The translations under genes were made by a program, and so were the position numbers. The notes beneath the pieces were generated by a model, which was given only the letters and a program-made list of their open reading frames with translations, did no database searches and was not told where the DNA came from. Of a stretch of DNA of 64,000 nucleotides, positions 51,090 through 60,636 are shown in pieces. Each line of letters opens with the position of its first letter. Positions within the stretch are counted from its first letter, which is position 1. The stretch covers positions 64,001 through 128,000 of the forward strand of contig JBNKBE010000001.1 in NCBI GenBank assembly GCA_050287085.1, given 5' to 3'. The stretch comes from Polyangiaceae bacterium (GTDB taxonomy: Bacteria; Myxococcota_A; Polyangia; Polyangiales; Polyangiaceae).

Positions 51090-52262
51090 ATGTTTGCGGA
51101 CTTTCGAGGCAGAAAGAGGGAGCTACTCGAAACGCAGGCCGCATTGTGCGCCCGCAAGAATCGAGTCGATTCGACCTGGAGCAATGGGTGGTACGCCCGC
51201 TTTGTCGACCCGGTGTTAACCGCCGACCACGTACCCGTGGACTGGCGCTACGACCTCGACCCGGACAGAAACCCGCTGCTACTAGAGCGCTTGGGCATCA
51301 ATGCCGTCTTCAACGCAGGGGCGATAGAGCTAGGCGACAAAGTCTGCCTGATTGCGCGGGTGGAAGGGTTCGATCGCAAGAGCTTCTTTGCTGTCGCACG
51401 CAGTGCGTCGGGCATTGACGGCTTTGAGTTTGACCCTCTGCCCGTTGAGCTGCCACAAACCCCCAGTCCGGACGTCAATGTCTACGACATGCGGCTCACC
51501 GCCCATGAGGACGGCTACATCTATGGTACCTTCTGCACGGAGCGCAAAGCGCAGAACGCCCCCAGGGGCGATACGTCTGCCGCGGTGGCGGCGTGTGGCA
51601 TCGCGCGCACGACAGATCTCATCCACTGGGACCGTCTCGCCGATCTGAGTTCGCTGTCTGCTCAGCAACGCAATGTCGTATTGCATCCGGAGTTCGTATC
51701 CGGGCGCTATGCCTTCTACACACGGCCGCAAGACGGGTTCATCGAAGCGGGCAGCGGCGGCGGAATCGGTTGGGCCCTATCGGACACCATCGAGAACGCC
51801 AGCGTGGGCCAAGAGGCCATCATGGAGCCGCGCGTCTATCACACTATCAACGAAGGCAAGAATGGCATGGGTGCCCCCCCCCTGCTCACCTCTGAGGGGT
51901 GGCTGCACGTGGCTCACGGCGTGCGCCACACAGCCGCCGGGCTGCGTTATGTGCTCTATGCTTTCCTTTGCGACCGCAGCAATCCGTCGCGTGTCACCCA
52001 TCGTCCGGGAGGGTATTTCTTGGCGCCCCAAGGCATGGAGCGGGTGGGCGACGTGTCCAACGTCGCCTTCTGCAACGGCATGGTGCAGCGGAAAGATGGG
52101 ACGGTTCTCATCTATTACGCTTCGAGCGACACCCGCTTGCACGTGGCGGCGACGACGACCGAGCGTCTGCTCGATTATGTGAAGAACACGCCTCCTGATC
52201 CGCACCTCTCCCATGAATGCGTGAAGCAGCGAATTGCGCTGATCCGTCGAAACCGACGCTAG
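51090..52262 (+). CDS. 4-O-beta-D-mannosyl-D-glucose phosphorylase-like (GH130)
   Basis: WRYDL...[64 protein letters not shown] and GDVSNV. As recalled, this closely matches Bacteroides MGP. Confidence 0.92.
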   Translation: MFADFRGRKRELLETQAALCARKNRVDSTWSNGWYARFVDPVLTADHVPVDWRYDLDPDRNPLLLERLGINAVFNAGAIELGDKVCLIARVEGFDRKSFFAVARSASGIDGFEFDPLPVELPQTPSPDVNVYDMRLTAHEDGYIYGTFCTERKAQNAPRGDTSAAVAACGIARTTDLIHWDRLADLSSLSAQQRNVVLHPEFVSGRYAFYTRPQDGFIEAGSGGGIGWALSDTIENASVGQEAIMEPRVYHTINEGKNGMGAPPLLTSEGWLHVAHGVRHTAAGLRYVLYAFLCDRSNPSRVTHRPGGYFLAPQGMERVGDVSNVAFCNGMVQRKDGTVLIYYASSDTRLHVAATTTERLLDYVKNTPPDPHLSHECVKQRIALIRRNRR

Positions 52263-52444
52263 CGGACCCCATTCGTCCGACGAATGCCTCCAGACGCCTC
52301 CTCTCTCGAGAGAATGCCAGCCGGAACGGAGAGCTACAAGGGATCGGTCCGGGCCCCTTCGGACCCTGTGCCGGGGCCGGGAAGCGTGCAGGTCAGCGCT
52401 CAACCAGACTTTAAACTGGCGCGTAGATCTCGTAAAGATAGCGC

Positions 52445-53083
52445 ATGCGAAAGACCAGACTCGACATCCTACTATCGCTCCTCAGCGGATTGGTGCTTCC
52501 GCTCACAGCATGCGGCGGCTCAGGTCAAAACGCCCAAAGCCCCGAGACGTCTGCGGCACAAGACCAAGACGCATCAGCCCCGGTGGAAGCTCCCGCGTCC
52601 CCAGAGAAGCCCGAGGCCGCCCCCGAAGCCAAGCGCGATCCGCGAGACATATTGCTCAGCGACGGAACCGCCTTCATGATCGATCACGGCAAGTCAGATA
52701 TCGGCAAAAAAGCGGAGGCAACCTGCGACAAGAGCGCTGGTGACAACGTTGAGAAGCGCGCTAGCTGTATCTCGAAAGCCTTCAATCTTATGGAGCGAGA
52801 GGGCTATACGTTCAAGAAGGAAGGCGACGCCTGGTACCTCATACGCTTCGCGGTCATCAAGAATCGCAAGCAGGAATACAATCACGTGCAGATCGACGAC
52901 GGGACGGTGTCCGACAACAGCGTGACGTTCAAACTCAGCGGACCTGACACCGGCTCGCGCCGCCGAGGCAAGGCACCTCTTACGATGACCTTCGTCGTCG
53001 AGGACGAATACACGATCTTGCTTGAGGACCCAGCACGGGGCACGCTCGTACTGGAACCCAAGATGGGCATCCTGAATGAGTGA
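52445..53083 (+). CDS. Hypothetical lipoprotein
   Basis: LVLPLTACGG lipobox, Pro/Ala/Glu linker and a beta-rich C-terminus. Confidence 0.75.
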   Translation: MRKTRLDILLSLLSGLVLPLTACGGSGQNAQSPETSAAQDQDASAPVEAPASPEKPEAAPEAKRDPRDILLSDGTAFMIDHGKSDIGKKAEATCDKSAGDNVEKRASCISKAFNLMEREGYTFKKEGDAWYLIRFAVIKNRKQEYNHVQIDDGTVSDNSVTFKLSGPDTGSRRRGKAPLTMTFVVEDEYTILLEDPARGTLVLEPKMGILNE

Positions 53084-53225
53084 CAGGCTCCCAGCTCTCT
53101 GACCGGTCTGGGTAGAACCCCGCAAATCGGGCTGCGGATGCCATCAGCAGCCCGCAGCGGGCCCCCGTCCTGTGCGGATGGGGCGCCGAAATCAGGCGCG
53201 AACTGGAGCCGATTCCGAGTCGTGC

Positions 53226-53276
53226 TTGACGGGCGTTGAGGCTTCATTCATCCTTTCATCCGGCTTTCCGGATAAA
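53226..53276 (+). promoter_or_regulatory. Putative promoter and palindromic SahR-type operator
   Basis: TTGACG(53226)-N17-CATCCT, followed directly by TTCATCCGGCTTTCCGGATAAA (ATCCGG-N4-CCGGAT, i.e. ATC-N10-GAT), 7 nt before the ATG. Confidence 0.62.
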
Positions 53277-53283
53277 GCACCTC

Positions 53284-54261
53284 ATGCGCCCCTCTGCTCC
53301 CAGCACGCCCCCCGTTCACGACTGGCTCGGCACGTTGAGTGACCGCACCCGGACGCGGCTGCTTCGACTGACCTCGCGCGCCGAGCTCTCGGTCGGTGAG
53401 CTCTGCCGCATTCTGGAACTGCCGCAGTCCACGGCCAGCCGTCATCTAAAAACCCTGGTGGACGATGGCTGGCTCGAGGCACGACGTGACGGTACCAGCC
53501 GCTTCTATCGCCTCGCATTCGCAGATCGCTCCGGCCCCCGGGAAGCACTGTGGCGGTGGGTCACCGAGAGTCTCGCGCGTGAACCCCAGTCGGCCGTTGA
53601 TGACGAACGGTTGGACCGCGTTCTAACCGAACGTCAACACCAGAGTCAGGCTTTCTTCGCGGGCGCCGCTACTCAATGGCAGGACGTGCGCGCCCAATTG
53701 TTTGGTGACTATTTCCAACAGCAACTCCTTCCCGCTCTGCTGAACCCCGAAGAGGTCGTCGCCGACCTGGGGTGCGGAGCGGGTACATTGAGTGCGCTCA
53801 TAGCGCCCCATGTCGCGCGCATCGACGCGCTTGACTGTTCACCTGCGATGGTCGACGCGGCTCACGCGCGACTTGAGGGCTTCGGGAACGTGACTGTTCA
53901 CCTGGGCGACGTAGCGCAAATTCCCCTACCCAACGAGGGAGTCACATTGGCTCTTCTTGTCCTGGTACTGCACACGCTCAAGCAACCCGACCACGCTCTC
54001 TCGGAGGTAGCTCGCGTGCTAGCCCCAGGAGGGCGCGTCGTCGTGATGGACATGCTCCCTCACGAACACACGCGCTTCAAGACTGAGCTCGGTCACCAGT
54101 GGCTCGGCTTTCCCAAGGCAGCTATCGAGCGCAGCCTCGCTGCGGCCGGCTTAGCAATTACACACTTCTCATTAGTCGCGACCGAAGGCCGTTCGCCTCG
54201 TCCGGCTCTATTTCTCGCCGTAGGCTCAAAACCGCTTTCGGCAGCCCACCAGATGACCTAA
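53284..54261 (+). CDS. sahR: ArsR HTH + SAM-binding methyltransferase-fold regulator (SahR-like)
   Basis: LSDRTRTRLL...ELSVGEL...QSTASRHLKTL ArsR HTH, SQAFF...W...R, and VADLGCGAG. Directly upstream of ahcY. Confidence 0.85.
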   Translation: MRPSAPSTPPVHDWLGTLSDRTRTRLLRLTSRAELSVGELCRILELPQSTASRHLKTLVDDGWLEARRDGTSRFYRLAFADRSGPREALWRWVTESLAREPQSAVDDERLDRVLTERQHQSQAFFAGAATQWQDVRAQLFGDYFQQQLLPALLNPEEVVADLGCGAGTLSALIAPHVARIDALDCSPAMVDAAHARLEGFGNVTVHLGDVAQIPLPNEGVTLALLVLVLHTLKQPDHALSEVARVLAPGGRVVVMDMLPHEHTRFKTELGHQWLGFPKAAIERSLAAAGLAITHFSLVATEGRSPRPALFLAVGSKPLSAAHQMT

Positions 54262-54378
54262 TTGGTCCCTCCAATGTGATGCACTAGGCGTAGACCACGC
54301 CAGCAACAACGAAGTTCACCGGAGCAACTAGCTCAGCAGCAGCTGCCTTCATCAAGAAGGAGCAAGAGGAGAAAGACG

Positions 54379-55824
54379 ATGTCCGTAAGACCCCACTTCA
54401 AGATCGCCAACATTCACGAGCACGAGCTTGGGAGGAAAGAAATCCGCCTCGCCGAGCAGGAGATGCCCGGCCTCATGGCGTTGCGAGAACGCTATCGCAG
54501 CGAGGCGCCCCTAAAGGGCGTACGCATCGGCGGATCCCTCCACATGACAGTGCAAACTGCCGTGTTGATTGAAACCCTGGTAGAACTCGGAGCAGACGTC
54601 CGCTGGGCCTCATGCAACATCTTCAGCACCCAGGACGCCGCCGCTGCCGCCGTCGTCGTTGGAAAGAACGGAACCCCGGAGAAGCCTGCAGGGGTACCCG
54701 TTTTTGCGTGGAAGGGCGAAAGCCTCGAAGAGTACTGGTGGTGCACCAATGAGATGCTGACCTGGCCCGACGGCGCTGGGCCGCAACAGCTCGTCGACGA
54801 CGGGGGTGATGCGACGCTGCTCATCGTGAGAGGCGCCGAATACGAGAAGGCCGGTCAAATTCCGACCTTCAACCCAGAAACGGACTCAGAAGAGTGGGGC
54901 GAGATCCTGAAGCTCATGCAGCGCACCTTCGCTGAAGATCCCAACAAGTGGACGACCTTCGCCGCCAAGTGCCAGGGCGTCAGCGAAGAAACGACCACCG
55001 GGGTCCATCGTCTGTACGAAATGCAGAAGGATGGGACGCTCCCGTTCCCCGCTATCAATGTCAACGACAGCGTCACCAAGAGCAAGTTTGACAACCTCTA
55101 TGGTTGCCGACACTCACTCATCGATGGCATCAATCGCGCAAGCGACGTCATGATGGGCGGCAAAGTCGCTGTGGTCTGTGGCTATGGTGACGTAGGCAAG
55201 GGATGCGCGCAGTCACTTCGTGGACAGGGCTGCCGCGTGATCATCACGGAGATCGATCCCATCTGCGCACTTCAAGCGGCGATGGAGGGCTACGAGGTCC
55301 GCCGCCTCCGAGATGTGATTGCAACAGCAGACATCTTCGTGACGACCACGGGCAACAAGGACATCATCATGGCCGCCGACATGGCCAAGATGAAGGACAA
55401 GGCCATCGTTGGCAATATCGGCCACTTCGACAACGAGATCGACATGGCGGGCCTGGCCAAGACCCCGGGCATAGAAAAGATCAATATCAAGCCTCAGTAC
55501 GACGAATGGGTCTTCCCGGACGGGCACAGCATCCTGGTCCTGGCTGAAGGTCGCTTGCTCAACCTGGGGTGTGCAACAGGTCACCCGAGCTTCGTCATGA
55601 GCGCATCCTTTACCAACCAGGTGCTCGCGCAGCTTGAACTCTGGACGAATAAGCACAACTACAGAAATGAAGTCTACGTGTTGCCCAAGAAGCTGGACGA
55701 GATGGTGGCCCGACTGCACCTGGGCAAGCTAGGCGTGGAACTGACGGAGCTCTCTCCGTCCCAAGCAGCCTACATCGGCGTTCCGGTCGATGGCCCCTAC
55801 AAGCCCGACCACTATCGCTACTGA
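54379..55824 (+). CDS. ahcY: Adenosylhomocysteinase
   Basis: [64 protein letters not shown] and [10 protein letters not shown]. Confidence 0.98.
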   Translation: MSVRPHFKIANIHEHELGRKEIRLAEQEMPGLMALRERYRSEAPLKGVRIGGSLHMTVQTAVLIETLVELGADVRWASCNIFSTQDAAAAAVVVGKNGTPEKPAGVPVFAWKGESLEEYWWCTNEMLTWPDGAGPQQLVDDGGDATLLIVRGAEYEKAGQIPTFNPETDSEEWGEILKLMQRTFAEDPNKWTTFAAKCQGVSEETTTGVHRLYEMQKDGTLPFPAINVNDSVTKSKFDNLYGCRHSLIDGINRASDVMMGGKVAVVCGYGDVGKGCAQSLRGQGCRVIITEIDPICALQAAMEGYEVRRLRDVIATADIFVTTTGNKDIIMAADMAKMKDKAIVGNIGHFDNEIDMAGLAKTPGIEKINIKPQYDEWVFPDGHSILVLAEGRLLNLGCATGHPSFVMSASFTNQVLAQLELWTNKHNYRNEVYVLPKKLDEMVARLHLGKLGVELTELSPSQAAYIGVPVDGPYKPDHYRY

Positions 55825-55844
55825 GCGACGAAGGACGAGGAACG

Positions 55845-55903
55845 AGGCTTGGCGCCAAGCCTTGATCGGAGGAGCGGGGAGCGAGCTTGCTCGCGCCCCG
55901 CTC
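55845..55903. terminator. Paired inverted repeats between convergent genes (possible terminator)
   Basis: Perfect 18-bp palindrome AGGCTTGGCGCCAAGCCT (55845-55862) and hairpin gagcggggagcgagc-tt-gctcgcgccccgctc (55872-55903). No clear U tract. Confidence 0.45.
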
Positions 55904-56058
55904 TTGGAGGGTTCGGCGGGTGGGAGGGGGTTCGGCTTTGGGGGGCCGCTTGCCGCACCGCCTTGCTGATGATGGCGTGCGGGGAGCGAGGGCAACGGTT
56001 TTGTCGGGACCGGGATTTTGGGGTTGAGCACCGCACACAGGCCACGCGGGTTGCTACT

Positions 56059-58401
56059 CTAGTAGAAGTGTCGGCAGCCCATGTCGTCCGAGTCCGGACG
56101 CTCTCCAGCAACTTGGTACCAGAAGGTACCTATCTTGACACAAACCAACACGTGGTCGTTTGACATGAACATCGACGGAGCGCCGCATTGTTCCGCTGAA
56201 TAGTCGTCGGACGTATCGAATTCAGAGGTCGTTGGAGTGCCCTGATACTCAAAGTTGAACGAAAATGTGGTGTCCGGCGCGAAGGACGCCTGAGTTGATA
56301 AATAGAAGCGCAAGAGCTGCCCACCGTCGATGATCTCCGTGCTCACCGTTTCTGGAGCGTCTCGAACGACAAGGTCAGTAATCGGCTGCTCGGGCGTTGT
56401 ATAGTAGAGCAATCCGACATTGGCCCATAGAATGCTGCGACCAGAACGGTTCGCCATCGCCACGAATACGCGAGGCAAACTGGTCGTCGCTCCGCCATCA
56501 CAGTAGTCCGAGTAGACGATCCCAAACGGCTCACAGACGCCCCCGGAACACCTGTCCGAGACGCAGTCGCTGTTCATCCGGCAGTCTTTGCCCGCCGCAG
56601 CGGGAACGCAGCTACGGGCGCGACAGTCATCGCTGCGACATTGGTTGTCCACCTCACAGGCTTCGCCGACGTTGGCGGCGAAACAAGCTCCGTCAACGCA
56701 GTTCTCGTTTTCGCAGTCCGCGTCGATGCCGCAGGGTTCGTCGAGTTGGCTGATCGAGCACTCTCCGTCATTGCACGCTCCGCTGAAGCAATCACCCGCA
56801 GTCATGCAGGCCCCGCCTGCGCCGCTTCGAGTGCACAGGCCGTCCGTTCCACAGGCCCCACTGAGACAATCGATGTCTGACAAGCAGGCAGCAGATGCCC
56901 CCGCTGGTGAACAAGTATGTGCTTCGCCGCAGACGCCTCCCACGCAATCGGCTGCGTCTGCGCACCGCTCCCCGACGACCCCAGGCGAGCACAGACCATC
57001 AGCGCCGCAGCGCATGGAAAGACAGTCGGAATCGCCCTCGCAAGCCTGGTCAGGATGTGCCCCTCGGCACATAAGCCCCTCGCACTCCCCACTGAGACAG
57101 TGGCTGGCTTTGGCGCACCCCTGCTGAAAATCGGATAAGCCACACTCACCCGAGGTCTCACAGGTACCGCTCTCACACTCATCTCCCTGTTGACACGGCG
57201 CACCCACAAACCCAGGAACACAAGCGCCTTCGTCACAGCGTTGGCTGGCACAATCGGCGTCGCCCCCACAAGCAGCCTGCACTCCGCTCAAACTGCATGT
57301 CCCAGCAAGTGAACAGACTCCGGAGAGACAATCGTCGTCCTTCTGGCAAGAGGCGAGCGCGCCGCAGCCCGGACAATCCCCCCCACAGTCGAGGTCGGTC
57401 TCCGTGCCATTGTGCCGCATGTCGCCACACGACTGCTCCGACGGTAGGCACTCTTCGTCGCAAACGCTGCTCGCGCAGTCCGAGTCCCGTTCGCAACGCG
57501 CGCCCACCACACAGCGCTCACAGCCCATGGTCCCGCCGCAGTCGACGTCCGTTTCACTGCCGTTCTGAATGCTATCCGAACAACCAGCGCGCTGGCAGAC
57601 CTGCCCCTCGCAAAGCGAGCTGCTGCAGTCGGCATCATTCTCACAGCTCTGGCCGGCGTCGCACGGGTCACAACTGCCGCCGCAATTCGTATCCGTCTCG
57701 TCACCCACACTCTCACGAGAGCAGTGCGCGGGTCGGCAGAGGTGTGTCCCCATCGAGCACAACCCACTCTTACAGTCCGCGTTCTGCAGACAAGCACGCC
57801 CGTCGCTACAGGGCGCGCAATCTCCACCACAATCGCTGGCCGTCTCCGAGCCGTTGACAATTCCATCATCACACGCTGCGGGATTGCACACTTCCGACCC
57901 ACAATTCCGTGACTCGCAGTCCTCGTCCTCGGCACAGGGCGAGCCCGCGGCGCACCCGCTCTCGCAGCTGCCCCCGCAATCGGGTCCGAGCTCGTCGCCG
58001 TTTTGGAGCGCGTCGTCACACGTCGGCTCCTGGCAGCTCCCGTCGCAGCGCCCAGACCTGCAGTCGCTATCGCGTTTGCAGTCCAGACCGTCTGCGCAGG
58101 GAGCACAGCTTCCACCGCAGTCTACCCCCGTTTCGTCTGCGTCAAGCGCGTTGCTGCGGCAATGGGCCGGCGCGCCCGCATCACGCCCCAAGCGGTAGTC
58201 TGCTTCGAGCTCGATCAGCGCATCGCTCTTGGTACATCCGCTCGCGCTGCTGGCCATCAGCAGACCCAAGACACCTCCGATGGCGGCGGTTCCCGAAAAC
58301 GAGAAGGCGAAGCGTTGGCTTTGCTGCCTCGATAGCTGCTGACGTTCGCAGCAGAACTCCCTGGACGCACAGATTGATGGCACTGGGGGTAAGACAGGCA
58401 T
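56059..58401 (-). CDS. Cys-rich repeat surface lipoprotein with C-terminal CBM3-like domain
   Basis: Lipobox-like LLMASSASGC. About 6 E(T/L)xxDCGG-xCxxC repeats, then about 10 GxxCxxxxDCxSxxC repeats. C-terminus has MANRSGRSILWANVGLLYYTT...FDTSDDYS...VAGERP. Confidence 0.82.
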   Translation of the reverse strand: MPVLPPVPSICASREFCCERQQLSRQQSQRFAFSFSGTAAIGGVLGLLMASSASGCTKSDALIELEADYRLGRDAGAPAHCRSNALDADETGVDCGGSCAPCADGLDCKRDSDCRSGRCDGSCQEPTCDDALQNGDELGPDCGGSCESGCAAGSPCAEDEDCESRNCGSEVCNPAACDDGIVNGSETASDCGGDCAPCSDGRACLQNADCKSGLCSMGTHLCRPAHCSRESVGDETDTNCGGSCDPCDAGQSCENDADCSSSLCEGQVCQRAGCSDSIQNGSETDVDCGGTMGCERCVVGARCERDSDCASSVCDEECLPSEQSCGDMRHNGTETDLDCGGDCPGCGALASCQKDDDCLSGVCSLAGTCSLSGVQAACGGDADCASQRCDEGACVPGFVGAPCQQGDECESGTCETSGECGLSDFQQGCAKASHCLSGECEGLMCRGAHPDQACEGDSDCLSMRCGADGLCSPGVVGERCADAADCVGGVCGEAHTCSPAGASAACLSDIDCLSGACGTDGLCTRSGAGGACMTAGDCFSGACNDGECSISQLDEPCGIDADCENENCVDGACFAANVGEACEVDNQCRSDDCRARSCVPAAAGKDCRMNSDCVSDRCSGGVCEPFGIVYSDYCDGGATTSLPRVFVAMANRSGRSILWANVGLLYYTTPEQPITDLVVRDAPETVSTEIIDGGQLLRFYLSTQASFAPDTTFSFNFEYQGTPTTSEFDTSDDYSAEQCGAPSMFMSNDHVLVCVKIGTFWYQVAGERPDSDDMGCRHFY

Positions 58402-58571
58402 AGCTGAAGAGGAAGGCTCGACGGAAGCTGTAAGAACTATACCACTCGCGCCCCGTTCGGCGCACTCCCAGCTGCAGGCCCGAGCGACTGCCCTCCCCCA
58501 CGGTCAGAATCTTCTCACGGCGCGACAAGCGATGTGAGCGATATGATCAGGATGGTGCTAATAACACGGGG

Positions 58572-60329
58572 TTGACCTGCCGGCGCTCCGATCTGAACCG
58601 AATCCGGTGCAATCCGGGACATGCCCTGTCCGGCAGGGCCCGCTGGTGCGTCGCGGCGCTCGCTTGCGCGCTACTACTCGCTCCTGGCTGCCGCGACGAC
58701 GCGAGCCCCGCTCGGGCGAAGCCAGCCCAGCGCCCCCCCGCCGCGGCTCCCTCGGCGACCAGCCCGGCTGCGGCACCGAGCGCAAGGGCCACGAACTCGA
58801 ACGATGAGTCGGACGGTGCCGCCCGCGCCTTTTTGGAGGCCCAGCAGCGACTTTCGCGCGAAGACTCAACGCCGTCTCTAGTGGGAGCGCCTGGGTTCGA
58901 GCGTGAACGCGCGGCTTTGGTCAGCCGCGCGAAAGCCGAACCGATCTTCTTCATACGACGACCGGAGGTCGCTTCTTCCCTGAACGCACTGCGACTGGCA
59001 GAACGACGCGACTTCGAAGCCAGTGATTTCCCCTTTCGCGAACTTCGGCGGCTGTTCGAGCGCTACGAACACGACCCAGCCGCATTGCGCGACGTGCTGC
59101 TGCCTGACGGCTACCTCTACGTAGAGCGCCCCAATCACGCCTTCGCCCTCGTGTCTCGGCTCAGTCCGGAACGGTTGTTTGCCGAGCCGCATATTTGGGT
59201 ACAGCGCGGCGACCTGGTGATGCACGCTGAGCGCCGCGCCAACCGCCAATACGTTTACGTCGATGGCCCCGAGCAGGGGCGTCGCGTGCGACTGCTGTTT
59301 TTGGATCGCGTCGGGGTAGGCGACGTCGTACCGCCGCCGTTGCACCGCGACTTTCGCTCCTTGCGCTACCGCACGTTCTTCGCTCGCGCGCGAGTCAAAC
59401 ACCTGAGCGAGGAATTCATCACCGCCGACCTGCTCTACGGCGAAGACTGGGTGCCCACCCTGCTGCGAGCAGAAGGAGCCCGCCTGACTGTCGTCACCGA
59501 AGCGGTCGATCCTGAGCGACGACGAGCCGTCGAAGTGGCCCGAGCCGCCCAGAAGGAACGAGCCCATCTGGTCGCCGCTCTGCGCAACGCGATGCTGGCT
59601 CAAATTGCCGAAGCCCTGCCGTTTGACGAACCGCGAACTGAAGAGGGCCAACAGGACGGACAGCTGCGACCGGAGTGGGTGCGAGCGTATTCGGACGGGC
59701 AACGACACTTCGAGTTCAATGGCGACCGCTACCGCGTCTACGACCGAGACGGTCAACCTCATCCCCCTCAGGTGTGTATGGACTTCCTCCTGGACACGCT
59801 CGATCGGGCGGCGGGTACGTGGTGGACGCCAATGACCGCAGGCGTTCCGCACAAGACCCGCGGACGATTGGATCTGCGCGGTATGCTCGGTTCGCGCGGG
59901 CGACAGTCGGACAGCTTCATCCGGTTCGCGCTCGACAGTCCCGAGTGGTTCGACGTGCTATTCGTGCCGGAACGAGAGCGGATCGAGCTCGGCTATAAAG
60001 AACGCTTCTTCGCATGGCTGGCGCGCCGCGCCGCGGATTTCCAGGCTGGCGACATCGTGCTCATTCGCGGCCTGACGCCATGGGACGAAGAAGAGGAACA
60101 CACCCATTCGTTCTACGTATTTGAAAACGATCCACTGACGGGTGTACCGATAGCTATTGCGGGCAATGCCGGCCCCGCAAACCTCTGGTCGTGGGAAACG
60201 GAAGCGCGACGAACCCCCCACCGCACGCTGCGCACACGGGTCCGCTTGCGTTCTCGTTGGCTCCGGCGCGTCCTGCCGATCGACCTGTCCAAACCCATCG
60301 CACTCCCCCCACTGTTGAACAATCGGTGA
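58572..60329 (+). CDS. Hypothetical lipoprotein with putative C-terminal NlpC/P60-like (papain-fold) domain
   Basis: ALLLAPGC lipobox and QVCMDF ... FQAGDIVLI ... HTHSFYV ... GVPIAIAGNAG. Start uncertain. Confidence 0.7.
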   Translation: MTCRRSDLNRIRCNPGHALSGRARWCVAALACALLLAPGCRDDASPARAKPAQRPPAAAPSATSPAAAPSARATNSNDESDGAARAFLEAQQRLSREDSTPSLVGAPGFERERAALVSRAKAEPIFFIRRPEVASSLNALRLAERRDFEASDFPFRELRRLFERYEHDPAALRDVLLPDGYLYVERPNHAFALVSRLSPERLFAEPHIWVQRGDLVMHAERRANRQYVYVDGPEQGRRVRLLFLDRVGVGDVVPPPLHRDFRSLRYRTFFARARVKHLSEEFITADLLYGEDWVPTLLRAEGARLTVVTEAVDPERRRAVEVARAAQKERAHLVAALRNAMLAQIAEALPFDEPRTEEGQQDGQLRPEWVRAYSDGQRHFEFNGDRYRVYDRDGQPHPPQVCMDFLLDTLDRAAGTWWTPMTAGVPHKTRGRLDLRGMLGSRGRQSDSFIRFALDSPEWFDVLFVPERERIELGYKERFFAWLARRAADFQAGDIVLIRGLTPWDEEEEHTHSFYVFENDPLTGVPIAIAGNAGPANLWSWETEARRTPHRTLRTRVRLRSRWLRRVLPIDLSKPIALPPLLNNR

Positions 60330-60636
60330 GCGGAAAGCCGGAGTCAGCGCCTGACACCGGCTGCCACGTCGATACGTGACAGAAACGCTGCTGTGCTCGA
60401 CGTGGAAGCGCGGGTTCCTCGGTCGGGCTGCGGGGCCAGGGGTGTCGCAAACGAAACGCCTCGAGCCCGAGGCACCCGTCGGAGCCCCACCGAGTTTGCC
60501 CTTGCAATCCGCCCGGAAATGCGATTCCAAGGCATAGCCTCGAACGGGGCCCCTTCACGCAAGCAAGAATCCGCTGTGCCCAGCACGAAACGCGTGTAGG
60601 CTTCGTCTTTTCACAACCCTTGCCAATCGAGCCCCC

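Noticed and set aside
54262..54378. SAH or SAM riboswitch upstream of ahcY
   Set aside because: No recognisable conserved core by eye, and the SahR-type regulator explains control. An Rfam scan would settle it.
56588..58198. Plus-strand Gln/Ser/Pro-rich ORFs with apparent periodicity
   Set aside because: The periodicity mirrors the Cys repeats on the coding minus strand.
58878..59852. 324-aa minus-strand ORF
   Set aside because: Antisense shadow of the 58572-60329 lipoprotein gene.
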